Positions 27,968 through 35,488 of a stretch of DNA of 44,120 nucleotides are shown here, piece after piece. The number at the start of each line of letters is the position of its first letter. The stretch's first letter is position 1. Position numbers and translations under genes: made by a program. The notes under the pieces are model-generated. The model saw nothing but the letters and a program-made list of their open reading frames with translations. It had not been told where the DNA came from and ran no database searches. Source of the DNA: Enterobacteria phage mEp213; the sequence record NC_019720.1. One strand, given 5' to 3'.

Positions 27968-28572
27968 TAAGCAGCCGCTCCTTCTAATTCGTCTCGTCTG
28001 ATGTTGTAAACGTCCTGCGCTTTGTGCTGCTCCGGTGTTCCTTCGAGCATCTTCCACGCTTTGGCGAACGCCTGTTTAAGCTCTTCCACGGTGTTTTTCT
28101 GCATTGCTGCGTCAGTGAATGCTTTTAGAACCTGTTCAGGTGTAGGTGATGGTTTTGATTGCTTTGCTACTGCGTTCTGCTGATGTTTATGCTCGTCTGT
28201 ATCTGCATCTTTCGCATCATCAATGCCGAACAAACCATTGAGGCAATACTTGCGTGCATAAGAGCTTGTAGCTCCCGTAACTTGTGCAGAATCCATCCCT
28301 TTCTTGCTTTCTTCCTCTCGTGCAAGAGCGGTTGCCGTATGACTGTTTTCGCCATCGGTAATAGTTGCCGTGGCTTTCACGTAATACCGATCACCAATCA
28401 ACACAACTTCATCGCTGATTGATAAAAACAGGCCATTCAGTAACGGCTTAACGCCTTCAAGAATGTCTTCGCAGCTTCTGTATTTATATTTTCCGAATGA
28501 GTTGTACTGATTCTTTGGCGCGTTCAGATTTTCCTGAATAGCTGCCAGTCTTGCGTAAAATTCTTTGCTCAT
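27967..28572 (-). CDS. erf: Erf single-strand annealing recombinase (P22 Erf-like)
   Basis: MSKEFYARLAAIQENLNAPKNQYNSFGKYKYRSCEDILEGVKPLL... closely matches remembered P22 Erf. Confidence 0.85.
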   Translation of the reverse strand: MSKEFYARLAAIQENLNAPKNQYNSFGKYKYRSCEDILEGVKPLLNGLFLSISDEVVLIGDRYYVKATATITDGENSHTATALAREEESKKGMDSAQVTGATSSYARKYCLNGLFGIDDAKDADTDEHKHQQNAVAKQSKPSPTPEQVLKAFTDAAMQKNTVEELKQAFAKAWKMLEGTPEQHKAQDVYNIRRDELEGAAA

Positions 28573-28661
28573 ATGATTGTTCTCAGAATGGACATGGCCC
28601 AAGGAAATAACGCTGATTTAATACTTCAGTCTTTGCCGCATTTAAAAATACGCGAACACCT

Positions 28662-28832
28662 TCACGATCTCCCTTCTGGCGATACATTAACGCCTGCTGC
28701 GTGTACATGCGTCTCTGTAACTTGCTCTCCTTCACTGTGGTTGCAAGTGACATGAATATCTCCTTCGTTACCGATTAATTCTTTCATCTGACGAATGAAT
28801 TCTTCGTCTGACCAGTTATCTGTAAAACTCAT
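28662..28832 (-). CDS. Hypothetical small acidic protein (56 aa)
   Basis: ATG overlaps the Kil-like stop (ATGA coupling). Confidence 0.35.
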   Translation of the reverse strand: MSFTDNWSDEEFIRQMKELIGNEGDIHVTCNHSEGEQVTETHVHAAGVNVSPEGRS

Positions 28833-28981
28833 TTCCTGCGATACCACTGAAGGTTGATAGCTGATTTCATCGCTTTATTTGCTTCAAGCCACATTTTTGA
28901 ATCACCAATAAATCTGGCTATTACTGCTTTGTTCTGTGCAGCACGAAGCATCTGGTGATTGATGGCTATTTCATTGCGCAT
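28829..28981 (-). CDS. kil: Kil-like host-killing/cell-division inhibitor (50 aa)
   Basis: IARFIGDSKMWLEA resembles lambda Kil (ATFIGDEKMFREA); directly downstream of cIII-like gene. Confidence 0.5.
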   Translation of the reverse strand: MRNEIAINHQMLRAAQNKAVIARFIGDSKMWLEANKAMKSAINLQWYRRK

Positions 28982-29097
28982 AATAAGACCTCAACTCTTT
29001 TCCATCCGTCACGTAATTTACGGGTGATTCGTTCAAGTAAAGATTCATTTAATTGGAAGGCACCCATGCGAGCGCCTCCCGCGATTGCGTAAATCAT
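28966..29097 (-). CDS. cIII: cIII-like protease inhibitor (43 aa)
   Basis: MIYAIAGG....ESLLERITRKLRDGWKR matches the lambda cIII core from memory; below the ORF-track size cutoff. Confidence 0.65.
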   Translation of the reverse strand: MIYAIAGGARMGAFQLNESLLERITRKLRDGWKRVEVLLCAMK

Positions 29098-29121
29098 GGG
29101 TGGTTCCTTATGTTGGTTTTA

Positions 29122-30090
29122 TTAGTAGGTTATTTTTGTTGCGAATACTTCGCCTTTTACGATGGCTGTTATGATATTTTTAGCAACATCTTCTGATGCA
29201 CCAACCTTGATAAGGTCAGCAAGTATTTTGTTATTTACTTCTTTCCGGTGAGCTTTATCCTTTGCTCTACGCTCTTCTTCTTCCTTGATTCTTTTTTCTT
29301 CTGCTATTCTGGCTTGCTCTTTTGCTTCAGCATCGCGCCGGATTCGTTCAGCCTCCTCCTGTGCTTTTCGGCGTTCTGCTTCAATTGCCGCCTGCTTTTC
29401 TCTTTCAGCTCGTTCTGCTGCCTCTTTTGCTTCGCGCTGTGCTCGTTGCTCGGCCTCAATGCGTTCACGCTCTGCACGTTCCGCTGCGGCCTTAGCTTCT
29501 GCTTCTCTCCTTGCTGCTGCTTCAATTTCGGCTTTTGCCTTTGCTTCGGCTTCTGCTCTGGCTTTCTCTTCAGCTTCTCTTTTTAAGCGTTCTTCATGCT
29601 CTCGCTTTTCCTGCTCCGCTTTGAGTCTTGCCTCTTCTCTTTGGCGGTCAAATTCGCGATCCATCAAAATCGCTATTTCATGGTCAGACTCAATTTGCTT
29701 TGCGAGAGCTTCAGCTGCTGCCTTAGCTTCTTCTTCGGCTTTAATCCGTGCCTGTTCCTCCTCATAATCAGTAAGAGGCTGGCGCGCCTTGGCTTTCAGC
29801 TCATCAAGGCGATCACGCACTGTCTTGCGGTTGGCATCAATTAGCTTTGGAATTTCCTTCAGTTCAGCAACAAGGTCTTTGCCAAGACCATCGAGATATG
29901 TTTTCGTCTGCGCAACTTTATACGCCAGAGAAGCGATCTCCTTTCTGCCCTTTGCCGTTGTGATATCAGGCGCAAAGGACATAACTTCACGTTCAACCCT
30001 TTGAAGGATTTCTTCAATCTGGTCGGCAGACTGAAATACAGTCATTGCATTTGCTTTTTCAATAACAACTAAATCTGTTACTTCACTCAT
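29122..30090 (-). CDS. Charged coiled-coil/single-helix protein (E/R/K/A-rich), unknown function
   Basis: 323 aa from ATG 30090 (GGAGGA RBS); central 200 aa of EEARLKAEQEKREHEERLKREAEEKARAEAEAKAKAE-type repeats. Confidence 0.6.
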   Translation of the reverse strand: MSEVTDLVVIEKANAMTVFQSADQIEEILQRVEREVMSFAPDITTAKGRKEIASLAYKVAQTKTYLDGLGKDLVAELKEIPKLIDANRKTVRDRLDELKAKARQPLTDYEEEQARIKAEEEAKAAAEALAKQIESDHEIAILMDREFDRQREEARLKAEQEKREHEERLKREAEEKARAEAEAKAKAEIEAAARREAEAKAAAERAERERIEAEQRAQREAKEAAERAEREKQAAIEAERRKAQEEAERIRRDAEAKEQARIAEEKRIKEEEERRAKDKAHRKEVNNKILADLIKVGASEDVAKNIITAIVKGEVFATKITY

Positions 30091-30123
30091 ATATCCTCCG
30101 TCAAAAAAAATCGCCCCCACACT

Positions 30124-30191
30124 GGAGGGCAAAGAAGATTTCCAATAATCAGAACAAGTCGGCTCTTGTTTAGTTACGAGCGACATTGCTC
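30124..30191. repeat. 68-bp direct repeat, copy 1, followed by 9-bp-stem hairpin (30193-30220)
   Basis: 67/68 identical to 31521-31588. Confidence 0.9.
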
Positions 30192-30264
30192 CGTGTATTC
30201 ACTCGTTGGAATGAATACACAGTGCAGTGTTTATTCTGTTGTTAGTGCCAAAAATAAAGGCCGA

Positions 30265-30588
30265 CTATGCGGCCTTATCTACATTCCTGAACCAAACGCA
30301 GATCGGACCGTCTTCTGTATCGTGAATCGAACCGACAAACCATCCTTCTCCATCTGGCATGCTTGGCTCCCATCCACTGATGTTTGGATTCCCATCTTCA
30401 AAATACGCGTCAATTACCGTTTGATTGTTGTCGTTTTCCATTTCAACAATTGATGATTCAATGCCATGCTGCTTGCAGAAATATCTGAACTCATCAGCTG
30501 AAATTGCCTCTCTATCCCCAAACAGGTTGGCGTATTCTGGGTGCGTCCAGTAGCCATCCTCGCTTCGCTCTACTACTAATGCTTCCAT
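30265..30588 (-). CDS. Hypothetical strongly acidic protein (107 aa)
   Basis: About 23 Asp/Glu versus 6 Lys/Arg; stop overlaps a GGCCG-N6-CGGCC hairpin. Confidence 0.45.
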   Translation of the reverse strand: MEALVVERSEDGYWTHPEYANLFGDREAISADEFRYFCKQHGIESSIVEMENDNNQTVIDAYFEDGNPNISGWEPSMPDGEGWFVGSIHDTEDGPICVWFRNVDKAA

Positions 30589-30650
30589 ATATCACCTCAA
30601 ATAAGTGGTTTGCTGCCAAAACAATGAACCATCCGGAAATTCCAGATAGT

Positions 30651-30878
30651 TCATAATTCACTCTTCAATACTTCCAGCTTACTAATCGCCGAAAGATATC
30701 CGCGCTGATAGGGCATCATCATTCCTTCGAGCTTGCCACTTCTTAACTCCTCCCTGAGCAATTGTATTGCTTGATCAATAACCTCTGCCTTAGCGTCCTT
30801 TATGGCTTGCTTGCGGGGCTTTGCTTTCTGCTTTGGCAGATTTCTCAAGCATGATGGAATGTATGTCTGATTCATCAC
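30651..30878 (-). CDS. Hypothetical protein (75 aa)
   Basis: ORF contiguous with the upstream gene. Confidence 0.4.
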   Translation of the reverse strand: MMNQTYIPSCLRNLPKQKAKPRKQAIKDAKAEVIDQAIQLLREELRSGKLEGMMMPYQRGYLSAISKLEVLKSEL

Positions 30879-31151
30879 TTACCTCGCCGTCAGTTGTTTT
30901 GATTTCCGGTATCCTGCCGCGTAAATGGCTACGTTTGGCAGGCAAATACTTCCACTGCATTCTTCTGCCTTCTTGCAGCGAAGGCTTCCGAGTGATGCTG
31001 CTTTGTCTGCTCTGACGCAACCAGAGAGCTTTAGCGCAATTTTTCGCGCCAGTCGCTGTTCTTGCATTGCCTGCTCACGTTGAGCCTGTCTGCGTGCTCT
31101 GCGGCGATTTCTGGCGTTATCGTCAGCCAGATATGTAATGACTACTGTCAT
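30879..31151 (-). CDS. Hypothetical protein with Arg-rich N-terminus and four Cys (90 aa)
   Basis: ARNRRRARRQAQREQ segment followed by a Cys cluster. Confidence 0.4.
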   Translation of the reverse strand: MTVVITYLADDNARNRRRARRQAQREQAMQEQRLARKIALKLSGCVRADKAASLGSLRCKKAEECSGSICLPNVAIYAAGYRKSKQLTAR

Positions 31152-31520
31152 GTTGACCTCCGATGATTGACTTTGGCGGTGACGCGCCGGGTGCTTATCT
31201 TCCGGTTGCCGTCGTGCAGCTGCACTTCACGTCACCCCAAAGCCAACTACTCTTTGACTCACACTCTCGCAGTGAGCGCGCTCATGCCCTTGAGTCTCTG
31301 TCGCTTATTAGCCGCTGATAACCGGTGCGCGTCTGGCATTCGCGCTGCCTTTCCGGAGCATGTTCCCTTATTTACCCTCACATCGGTCTGCTAAACCTGC
31401 TCGCCATTACGCGACTCGGGGCAGCATCATTACTGCTGCATTGCCTTTCGGCTGCGGTCTAACCGCGTTAGTGCACCATTACAGCACCTCATGTTTGGTT
31501 AAACTCAGTTCCCGCATTTC

Positions 31521-31588
31521 GGAGGGCAAAGAAGATTTCCAATAATCAGAACAAGTCGGCTCCTGTTTAGTTACGAGCGACATTGCTC
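31521..31588. repeat. 68-bp direct repeat, copy 2, followed by 8-bp-stem hairpin (31591-31614)
   Basis: 67/68 identical to 30124-30191; adjacent hairpin has a different stem but a loop again beginning CTCG. Confidence 0.9.
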
Positions 31589-31620
31589 ACATAGCAGACT
31601 CGCAAATCTGCTATAGGTGC

Positions 31621-31782
31621 TTATTCGCATCGCATGACAACATCAAATTTTTCGAGATTACTTTGTCGCAACAATCCCTCTTCTACGCGGTCAGCTTTTC
31701 TATAATTATCAAATTCGAAATGTTTAATTACTTCTTTCGTTTCTCGCTCTATAACTTCAACAATGTATTTCTTATTCATCAT
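31621..31782 (-). CDS. Hypothetical small protein (53 aa)
   Basis: ATG overlaps upstream stop (ATGA). Confidence 0.4.
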   Translation of the reverse strand: MMNKKYIVEVIERETKEVIKHFEFDNYRKADRVEEGLLRQSNLEKFDVVMRCE

Positions 31783-32063
31783 TCTTCCCCCAGGGCCTTG
31801 CTGATGGCTGCCTTGGCTCGTTTGTATTCGGTTAACTCTCTGCACCCTTCGTCATGCTCGTAAAGGAAGACAAGCTCTTGCAGTGCTTCAAGCAAATCAG
31901 GAGCTGCTGCTATCAGTAGCGCATCCTCCCTTTCATTTCTTGTTGCTGCTTCAATGTATGTGTCACCAATCGTCACACCATGGAACGTAGTCATCATCTC
32001 GTTGACGTTTCTAACCGTGTACTTCCATTTACCAGGCGTACCCTTAAACTCTTTCATATTCAC
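31779..32063 (-). CDS. Hypothetical protein (94 aa)
   Basis: ORF in pL operon. Confidence 0.45.
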   Translation of the reverse strand: MNMKEFKGTPGKWKYTVRNVNEMMTTFHGVTIGDTYIEAATRNEREDALLIAAAPDLLEALQELVFLYEHDEGCRELTEYKRAKAAISKALGEE

Positions 32064-32111
32064 CTCTGTTGTTTATGCCAAAAGAAGGCCGACTATGCGG
32101 CATAATTATTT

Positions 32112-32300
32112 TTAACTATCATCAATACATGGCACTTTATTCCAGTCGATATCGTTTTTATTGTCGTCCCACATGTCTTTGTTTTTGTATTTCTCGCTAC
32201 ATCCTAGGCAAATGTTGTATGGCCTACCGATAAGGTTTAACGAAATACGTTGCATTTCATTTGATTCAAACATGTATCCACAGAACTGACATTTATGCAT
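32112..32300 (-). CDS. Small zinc-ribbon-like protein (62 aa)
   Basis: CxxC...CxxC pattern (CQFCG ... CLGC); first gene after N. Confidence 0.45.
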   Translation of the reverse strand: MHKCQFCGYMFESNEMQRISLNLIGRPYNICLGCSEKYKNKDMWDDNKNDIDWNKVPCIDDS

Positions 32301-32303
32301 ATC

Positions 32304-32636
32304 TCACCCCTCATACAGTAGCTTACTGCCTAATTTCATTTTCTGGCGACCAACACAAGTCACACCCATTTCACTGCGTGGCTTGCTGTACCATGTGCGC
32401 TGATTCTTGCGCTCAATACGTTGCAGGTTGCTTTCAATCTGTTCGTGGTATTCAGCCAGTACCGTAAGGTCTATCGGATTCAGTGCGCTTTCTACTCGTG
32501 ATTTCGGTTTGCGATTCAGCGAGAGAATAGGGCGGTTAACAGGTTTTGCGCTTACCCCAACCAACAGGGGATTTGCTGCTTTCCATTGAGCCTGTTTCTC
32601 TGCGCGACGTTCGCGGCGGCGTGTTTGTGCATCCAT
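32304..32636 (-). CDS. N: Antitermination protein N (lambda-like)
   Basis: MDAQTRRRERRAEKQAQWKAANPLLVGVSAKPVNRPILSLNRKPKSRVESALNPIDLTVLAEYH matches lambda N from memory; divergent C-terminus. Confidence 0.9.
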   Translation of the reverse strand: MDAQTRRRERRAEKQAQWKAANPLLVGVSAKPVNRPILSLNRKPKSRVESALNPIDLTVLAEYHEQIESNLQRIERKNQRTWYSKPRSEMGVTCVGRQKMKLGSKLLYEG

Positions 32637-32904
32637 CTGGATTCTCCTGTCAGTTAGCTTTGGTGGTGTGGTGGCTGGTAGTCTAGCTCCAGCTTGTTGA
32701 GTCTCATTCGGAGGGGTATAACCGGCACCCCAGCGATTTTTCCATGCGACAACGTGCGCGTTATGGCGGCCTTATCGCCCGCGGCTCCCCATCTCGTCCA
32801 CGCTATTGCTAGCGTTGGGAGCGCTTCACCGCTCAACAGTAGGTAAGCACTTGCCAGTGACTAGCTGGCTTCACCACACCCCAAAGCCTTCTGCTTTGAA
32901 TGCT

Positions 32905-32935
32905 GCCCTTCTTCAGGGCTTAATTTTTAAGAGCG
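32905..32935 (-). promoter_or_regulatory. nutL (boxA CGCTCTTAA and boxB GCCCTGAAGAAGGGC on the - strand)
   Basis: Reverse complement of 32905-32935 gives boxA then boxB as in lambda nutL. Confidence 0.85.
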
Positions 32936-32974
32936 TCACCTTCATGGTGGTCAGTGCGTCCTGCTGATGGCTAG

Positions 32975-33036
32975 ATAATCACAAATTGTGTTCGTGCTGT
33001 CAACACGAAATGTGATTGTTTTTATCACAACACGTG
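32975..33036 (-). promoter_or_regulatory. pL with three CAC-N5-GTG operators (OL)
   Basis: - strand -35 TTGACA (32998-33003), 17-bp spacer, -10 GATTAT (32975-32980); operator dyads at 32980-32990, 33004-33014, 33026-33036. Confidence 0.6.
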
Positions 33037-33124
33037 TTTTCATTGATTTTTAAGGTAATTTAATTTTCTTTGGGCAACAAAAAACCCGCCGAAGCGGGTT
33101 TGATGTTTTTAAGTGGCGGGTATA

Positions 33125-33766
33125 TCAGGAGAATTTCATCATCATCTGCACTGCTACGCCGATTATCTTGCAGTTGCCGTCGATTGGGATCAACGGATAG
33201 GCAGGGTTAAGCCCTTTCAGGTATTTGTTACCGCCATCAATGATTAGCTTCTTGAACGTGGCTTCATTAGCATCTGTCAGCTTCGCAACTACCAGGCTTC
33301 CATTAACGGCTTCCTTTCCAGTGTCGAACAGAACCAGCATACCCTCAGGAACGCTAAGGCCGGTAGGAGCTGTCATTGAGTCGCCCTGAACCCTGAGCCA
33401 GAAGGCGTCACCGACAACGTGACAATCTGATTCATACCACTCATCCACTGCCTGAGGGTTGTACGGCTCTACGGCCTCACTCCATGCACCTGCGCTAACC
33501 CAGCTAATCAACGGAAACTTTTCCCCTGGCTTGTATTGTCCCTGATAGTTGTCGCCAAAAAGCAGTTCTGCCGGAGCGACGCCCAAAGCTTTAGCTATTA
33601 CCTCTGCGTCATCAACACTAACGCTTCTGGTTCCTGATTCATAGTTGCCGATCCGAGATTGTGAAGCCCAGCCGCAAAGCTCCGCCAGAGCCTTCTGTGA
33701 AAGCCCTTTATCTTCCCGTAATCGCTTGATACGCGCGGCGATAGTTTCTGTTCTGTTCATGCGCAT
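33125..33766 (-). CDS. cI: CI-type repressor (HTH plus S24 LexA-like autopeptidase domain)
   Basis: N-terminal HTH (LSQKALAELCG), GDSM active-site serine motif, conserved Lys downstream; divergent from cro; terminator hairpin downstream (33084-33105). Confidence 0.85.
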   Translation of the reverse strand: MRMNRTETIAARIKRLREDKGLSQKALAELCGWASQSRIGNYESGTRSVSVDDAEVIAKALGVAPAELLFGDNYQGQYKPGEKFPLISWVSAGAWSEAVEPYNPQAVDEWYESDCHVVGDAFWLRVQGDSMTAPTGLSVPEGMLVLFDTGKEAVNGSLVVAKLTDANEATFKKLIIDGGNKYLKGLNPAYPLIPIDGNCKIIGVAVQMMMKFS

Positions 33767-33773
33767 TTTATAT

Positions 33774-33837
33774 CACATTCCGTGGTTTAAGGCTTTACAC
33801 GATTTGTGTTGACTATCAATCACAATATGTGTTTAAT
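33774..33837. promoter_or_regulatory. OR region: three CAC-N5-GTG operators with pR (and presumably pRM)
   Basis: Dyads at 33774-33784, 33798-33808, 33821-33831 (spacing 24 and 23 bp); -35 TTGACT 33809-33814, -10-like TTTAAT 33832-33837. Confidence 0.6.
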
Positions 33838-33870
33838 AAAGACTGAGTGAACTAGCTCTTAAGGAAACCT

Positions 33871-34086
33871 ATGAACAACATTGCCAACGAACGGAAAAAG
33901 CTTGGCATCACTCAATCTGCGTTAGCAGGCGCGTGTGGCTGGAACCAGTCCCGCTTAGCTAACTACGAGTCAGGTATCCGGACTCCAGATTTAGAGTCGT
34001 GCCGTCGCCTGGTAAAGGCGCTGAATAAATTGGGGAGCAAGACAACGCTAGATGGCTTGTTCCCGCCGGAACACAAAGCCGCTTAA
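33871..34086 (+). CDS. cro: Cro-type HTH repressor
   Basis: 71 aa, XRE-type HTH (LGITQSALAGACGWNQSRLANYESG), divergent from cI; AAGGAA RBS. Confidence 0.8.
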   Translation: MNNIANERKKLGITQSALAGACGWNQSRLANYESGIRTPDLESCRRLVKALNKLGSKTTLDGLFPPEHKAA

Positions 34087-34094
34087 GACATTCC

Positions 34095-34126
34095 AGCTCT
34101 TACACATCCCAGCCCTGAAAAAGGGC
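34095..34126 (+). promoter_or_regulatory. nutR (boxA GCTCTTACA, boxB GCCCTGAAAAAGGGC)
   Basis: Matches lambda nutR from memory; followed by lambda-like tR1/cII leader. Confidence 0.85.
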
Positions 34127-34205
34127 ATCAAATTAAACCACACCTATGGTGTATGCATTTATTTGCATACCTTCAATCAATTGTTATCTAAGGAAATACT
34201 TACAT

Positions 34206-34484
34206 ATGGTTCGTGCAAACAAACGCAACGAGGCTCTACGAATCGAGAGTGCTTTGCTTAACAAAATCGCAATGCTTGGAACTGAGAAGACAGCGGAAGC
34301 TGTGGGAGTTGATAAGTCGCAGATCAGCAGGTGGAAGAGGGATTGGATTCCAAAGTTCTCAATGCTGCTTGCTGTTCTTGAATGGGGTGTTGAAGACGAG
34401 GAGTTGGCGGAACTGGCTAAGAAAGTAGCCAGAATGCTGACAAAAGAAAAAGCCCCGAAGAACGGCGAATTCTTCGAGGCCTGA
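34206..34484 (+). CDS. cII: Transcriptional activator CII (lambda-like)
   Basis: MVRANKRNEALRIESALLNKIAMLGTEKTAEAVGVDKSQISRWKRDWIPKFSMLLAVLEWG matches lambda CII from memory. Confidence 0.9.
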   Translation: MVRANKRNEALRIESALLNKIAMLGTEKTAEAVGVDKSQISRWKRDWIPKFSMLLAVLEWGVEDEELAELAKKVARMLTKEKAPKNGEFFEA

Positions 34485-34518
34485 TGTAGAAAGACTGGAT
34501 CAATCCACAGGAGTAATT

Positions 34519-34680
34519 ATGACAAAACGTCGTAAGAAATACCAGGAAAAAGAAGAGATTCGACACCCTGATTCACCTGAGGGATTAGTGGTAGCCGCAG
34601 CAAATAACAGGGCGTTCGCAGAGCGCCTTGTTGGTGTTTACAGACTAGCCAAAGCAGGAGTGAAACATGGGCGTCGTTAA
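34519..34680 (+). CDS. Hypothetical small basic protein (53 aa) between cII and O
   Basis: AGGAG RBS 7 nt upstream of ATG; 3' end overlaps the O-like start; below the ORF-track cutoff. Confidence 0.4.
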   Translation: MTKRRKKYQEKEEIRHPDSPEGLVVAAANNRAFAERLVGVYRLAKAGVKHGRR

Positions 34681-35488
34681 GTTAGCTGATTACAGGCCTC
34701 AACTGGAGGTCGTGGAGCATCGCGTGGCAGATACCGAAGATGGTTTCATGCGCGTTGCTAACGAGATTACCGACAGTCTGCTGATGGCTGATTTAACCGT
34801 CCGGCAGATGAAGGTGATGCTCGCTATCATGCGCAAGACATACGGATTCAATAAGCCGATGGATCGACTCACAAACACGCAGATAGCAGCCATGACAGGT
34901 ATTCATCACACTCATGTTTGCGCTGCCAAGCGCCAGCTTATTGAGCGTAAATTCCTCATTGCTGATGGCGTGAAAATCGGAGTGAACAAGGTAGTTTCGC
35001 AGTGGATTAGCCAGGACAGCTTAACATTAGCTAAAACAGCTAATAAAACATTAGCCAAGTCGGCTAATGGGTATAAGCCAAGTCAGCTAAACACAAAAGA
35101 CAATATACAAAAGACAATAAATACAAATACCCCCTTACCCCCTAACGGGGGTGGCGATGGGCAGGTTAAACCTGAACGTCGCAAGGCAGAACGAATCGAC
35201 TACGAATCCTTCCTGAACGCCTACAACACCGAAGTCGGTGACAGACTGCCACACGCTGTTGCGGTCAACGAGAAACGCAAACGCCGCCTGAAGAAAATCA
35301 TCCCGCAACTGAAAACGCCAAACGTGGACGGTTTCAGAGCGTATGTCAGGGCGTTTGTGCATCAGGCCAAGCCGTTTTACTTCGGAGACAACGACACGGG
35401 CTGGACAGCTGATTTTGATTATCTGCTGAGGGAAGACTCGTTAACGGGAGTTCGGGAAGGGAAGTTTGCAGACAGGGGGATTGCATGA
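34667..35488 (+). CDS. O: Replication initiator (lambda O-like) containing ori
   Basis: 273 aa; N-terminal O-like DNA-binding region, iterons embedded mid-gene, stop overlaps helicase start. Confidence 0.8.
   Translation: MGVVKLADYRPQLEVVEHRVADTEDGFMRVANEITDSLLMADLTVRQMKVMLAIMRKTYGFNKPMDRLTNTQIAAMTGIHHTHVCAAKRQLIERKFLIADGVKIGVNKVVSQWISQDSLTLAKTANKTLAKSANGYKPSQLNTKDNIQKTINTNTPLPPNGGGDGQVKPERRKAERIDYESFLNAYNTEVGDRLPHAVAVNEKRKRRLKKIIPQLKTPNVDGFRAYVRAFVHQAKPFYFGDNDTGWTADFDYLLREDSLTGVREGKFADRGIA
35027..35130. promoter_or_regulatory. Origin of replication: three about 18-bp dyad iterons at 24-bp spacing plus AT-rich tract
   Basis: TTAGCTAAAACAGCTAAT / TTAGCCAAGTCGGCTAAT / AAGCCAAGTCAGCTAAAC followed by ACAAAAGACAATATACAAAAGACAATAAATAC. 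Confidence 0.65.

Noticed and set aside
29248-29844. Plus-strand ORFs of 82-160 aa rich in Ser/Ala/Phe/Cys repeats
   Set aside because: They are antisense to the E/R/K/A-repeat gene and are artefacts of its repetitive GAA/GCT codon usage.
30124-31588. Possible CRISPR array or retron ncRNA
   Set aside because: Only two repeat copies 1.4 kb apart with genes between them, and no cas genes or reverse transcriptase anywhere in the window.
32654-32836. 60-aa minus-strand ORF between nutL and N
   Set aside because: It falls in the untranslated pL leader, where lambda has no gene, and has no RBS.
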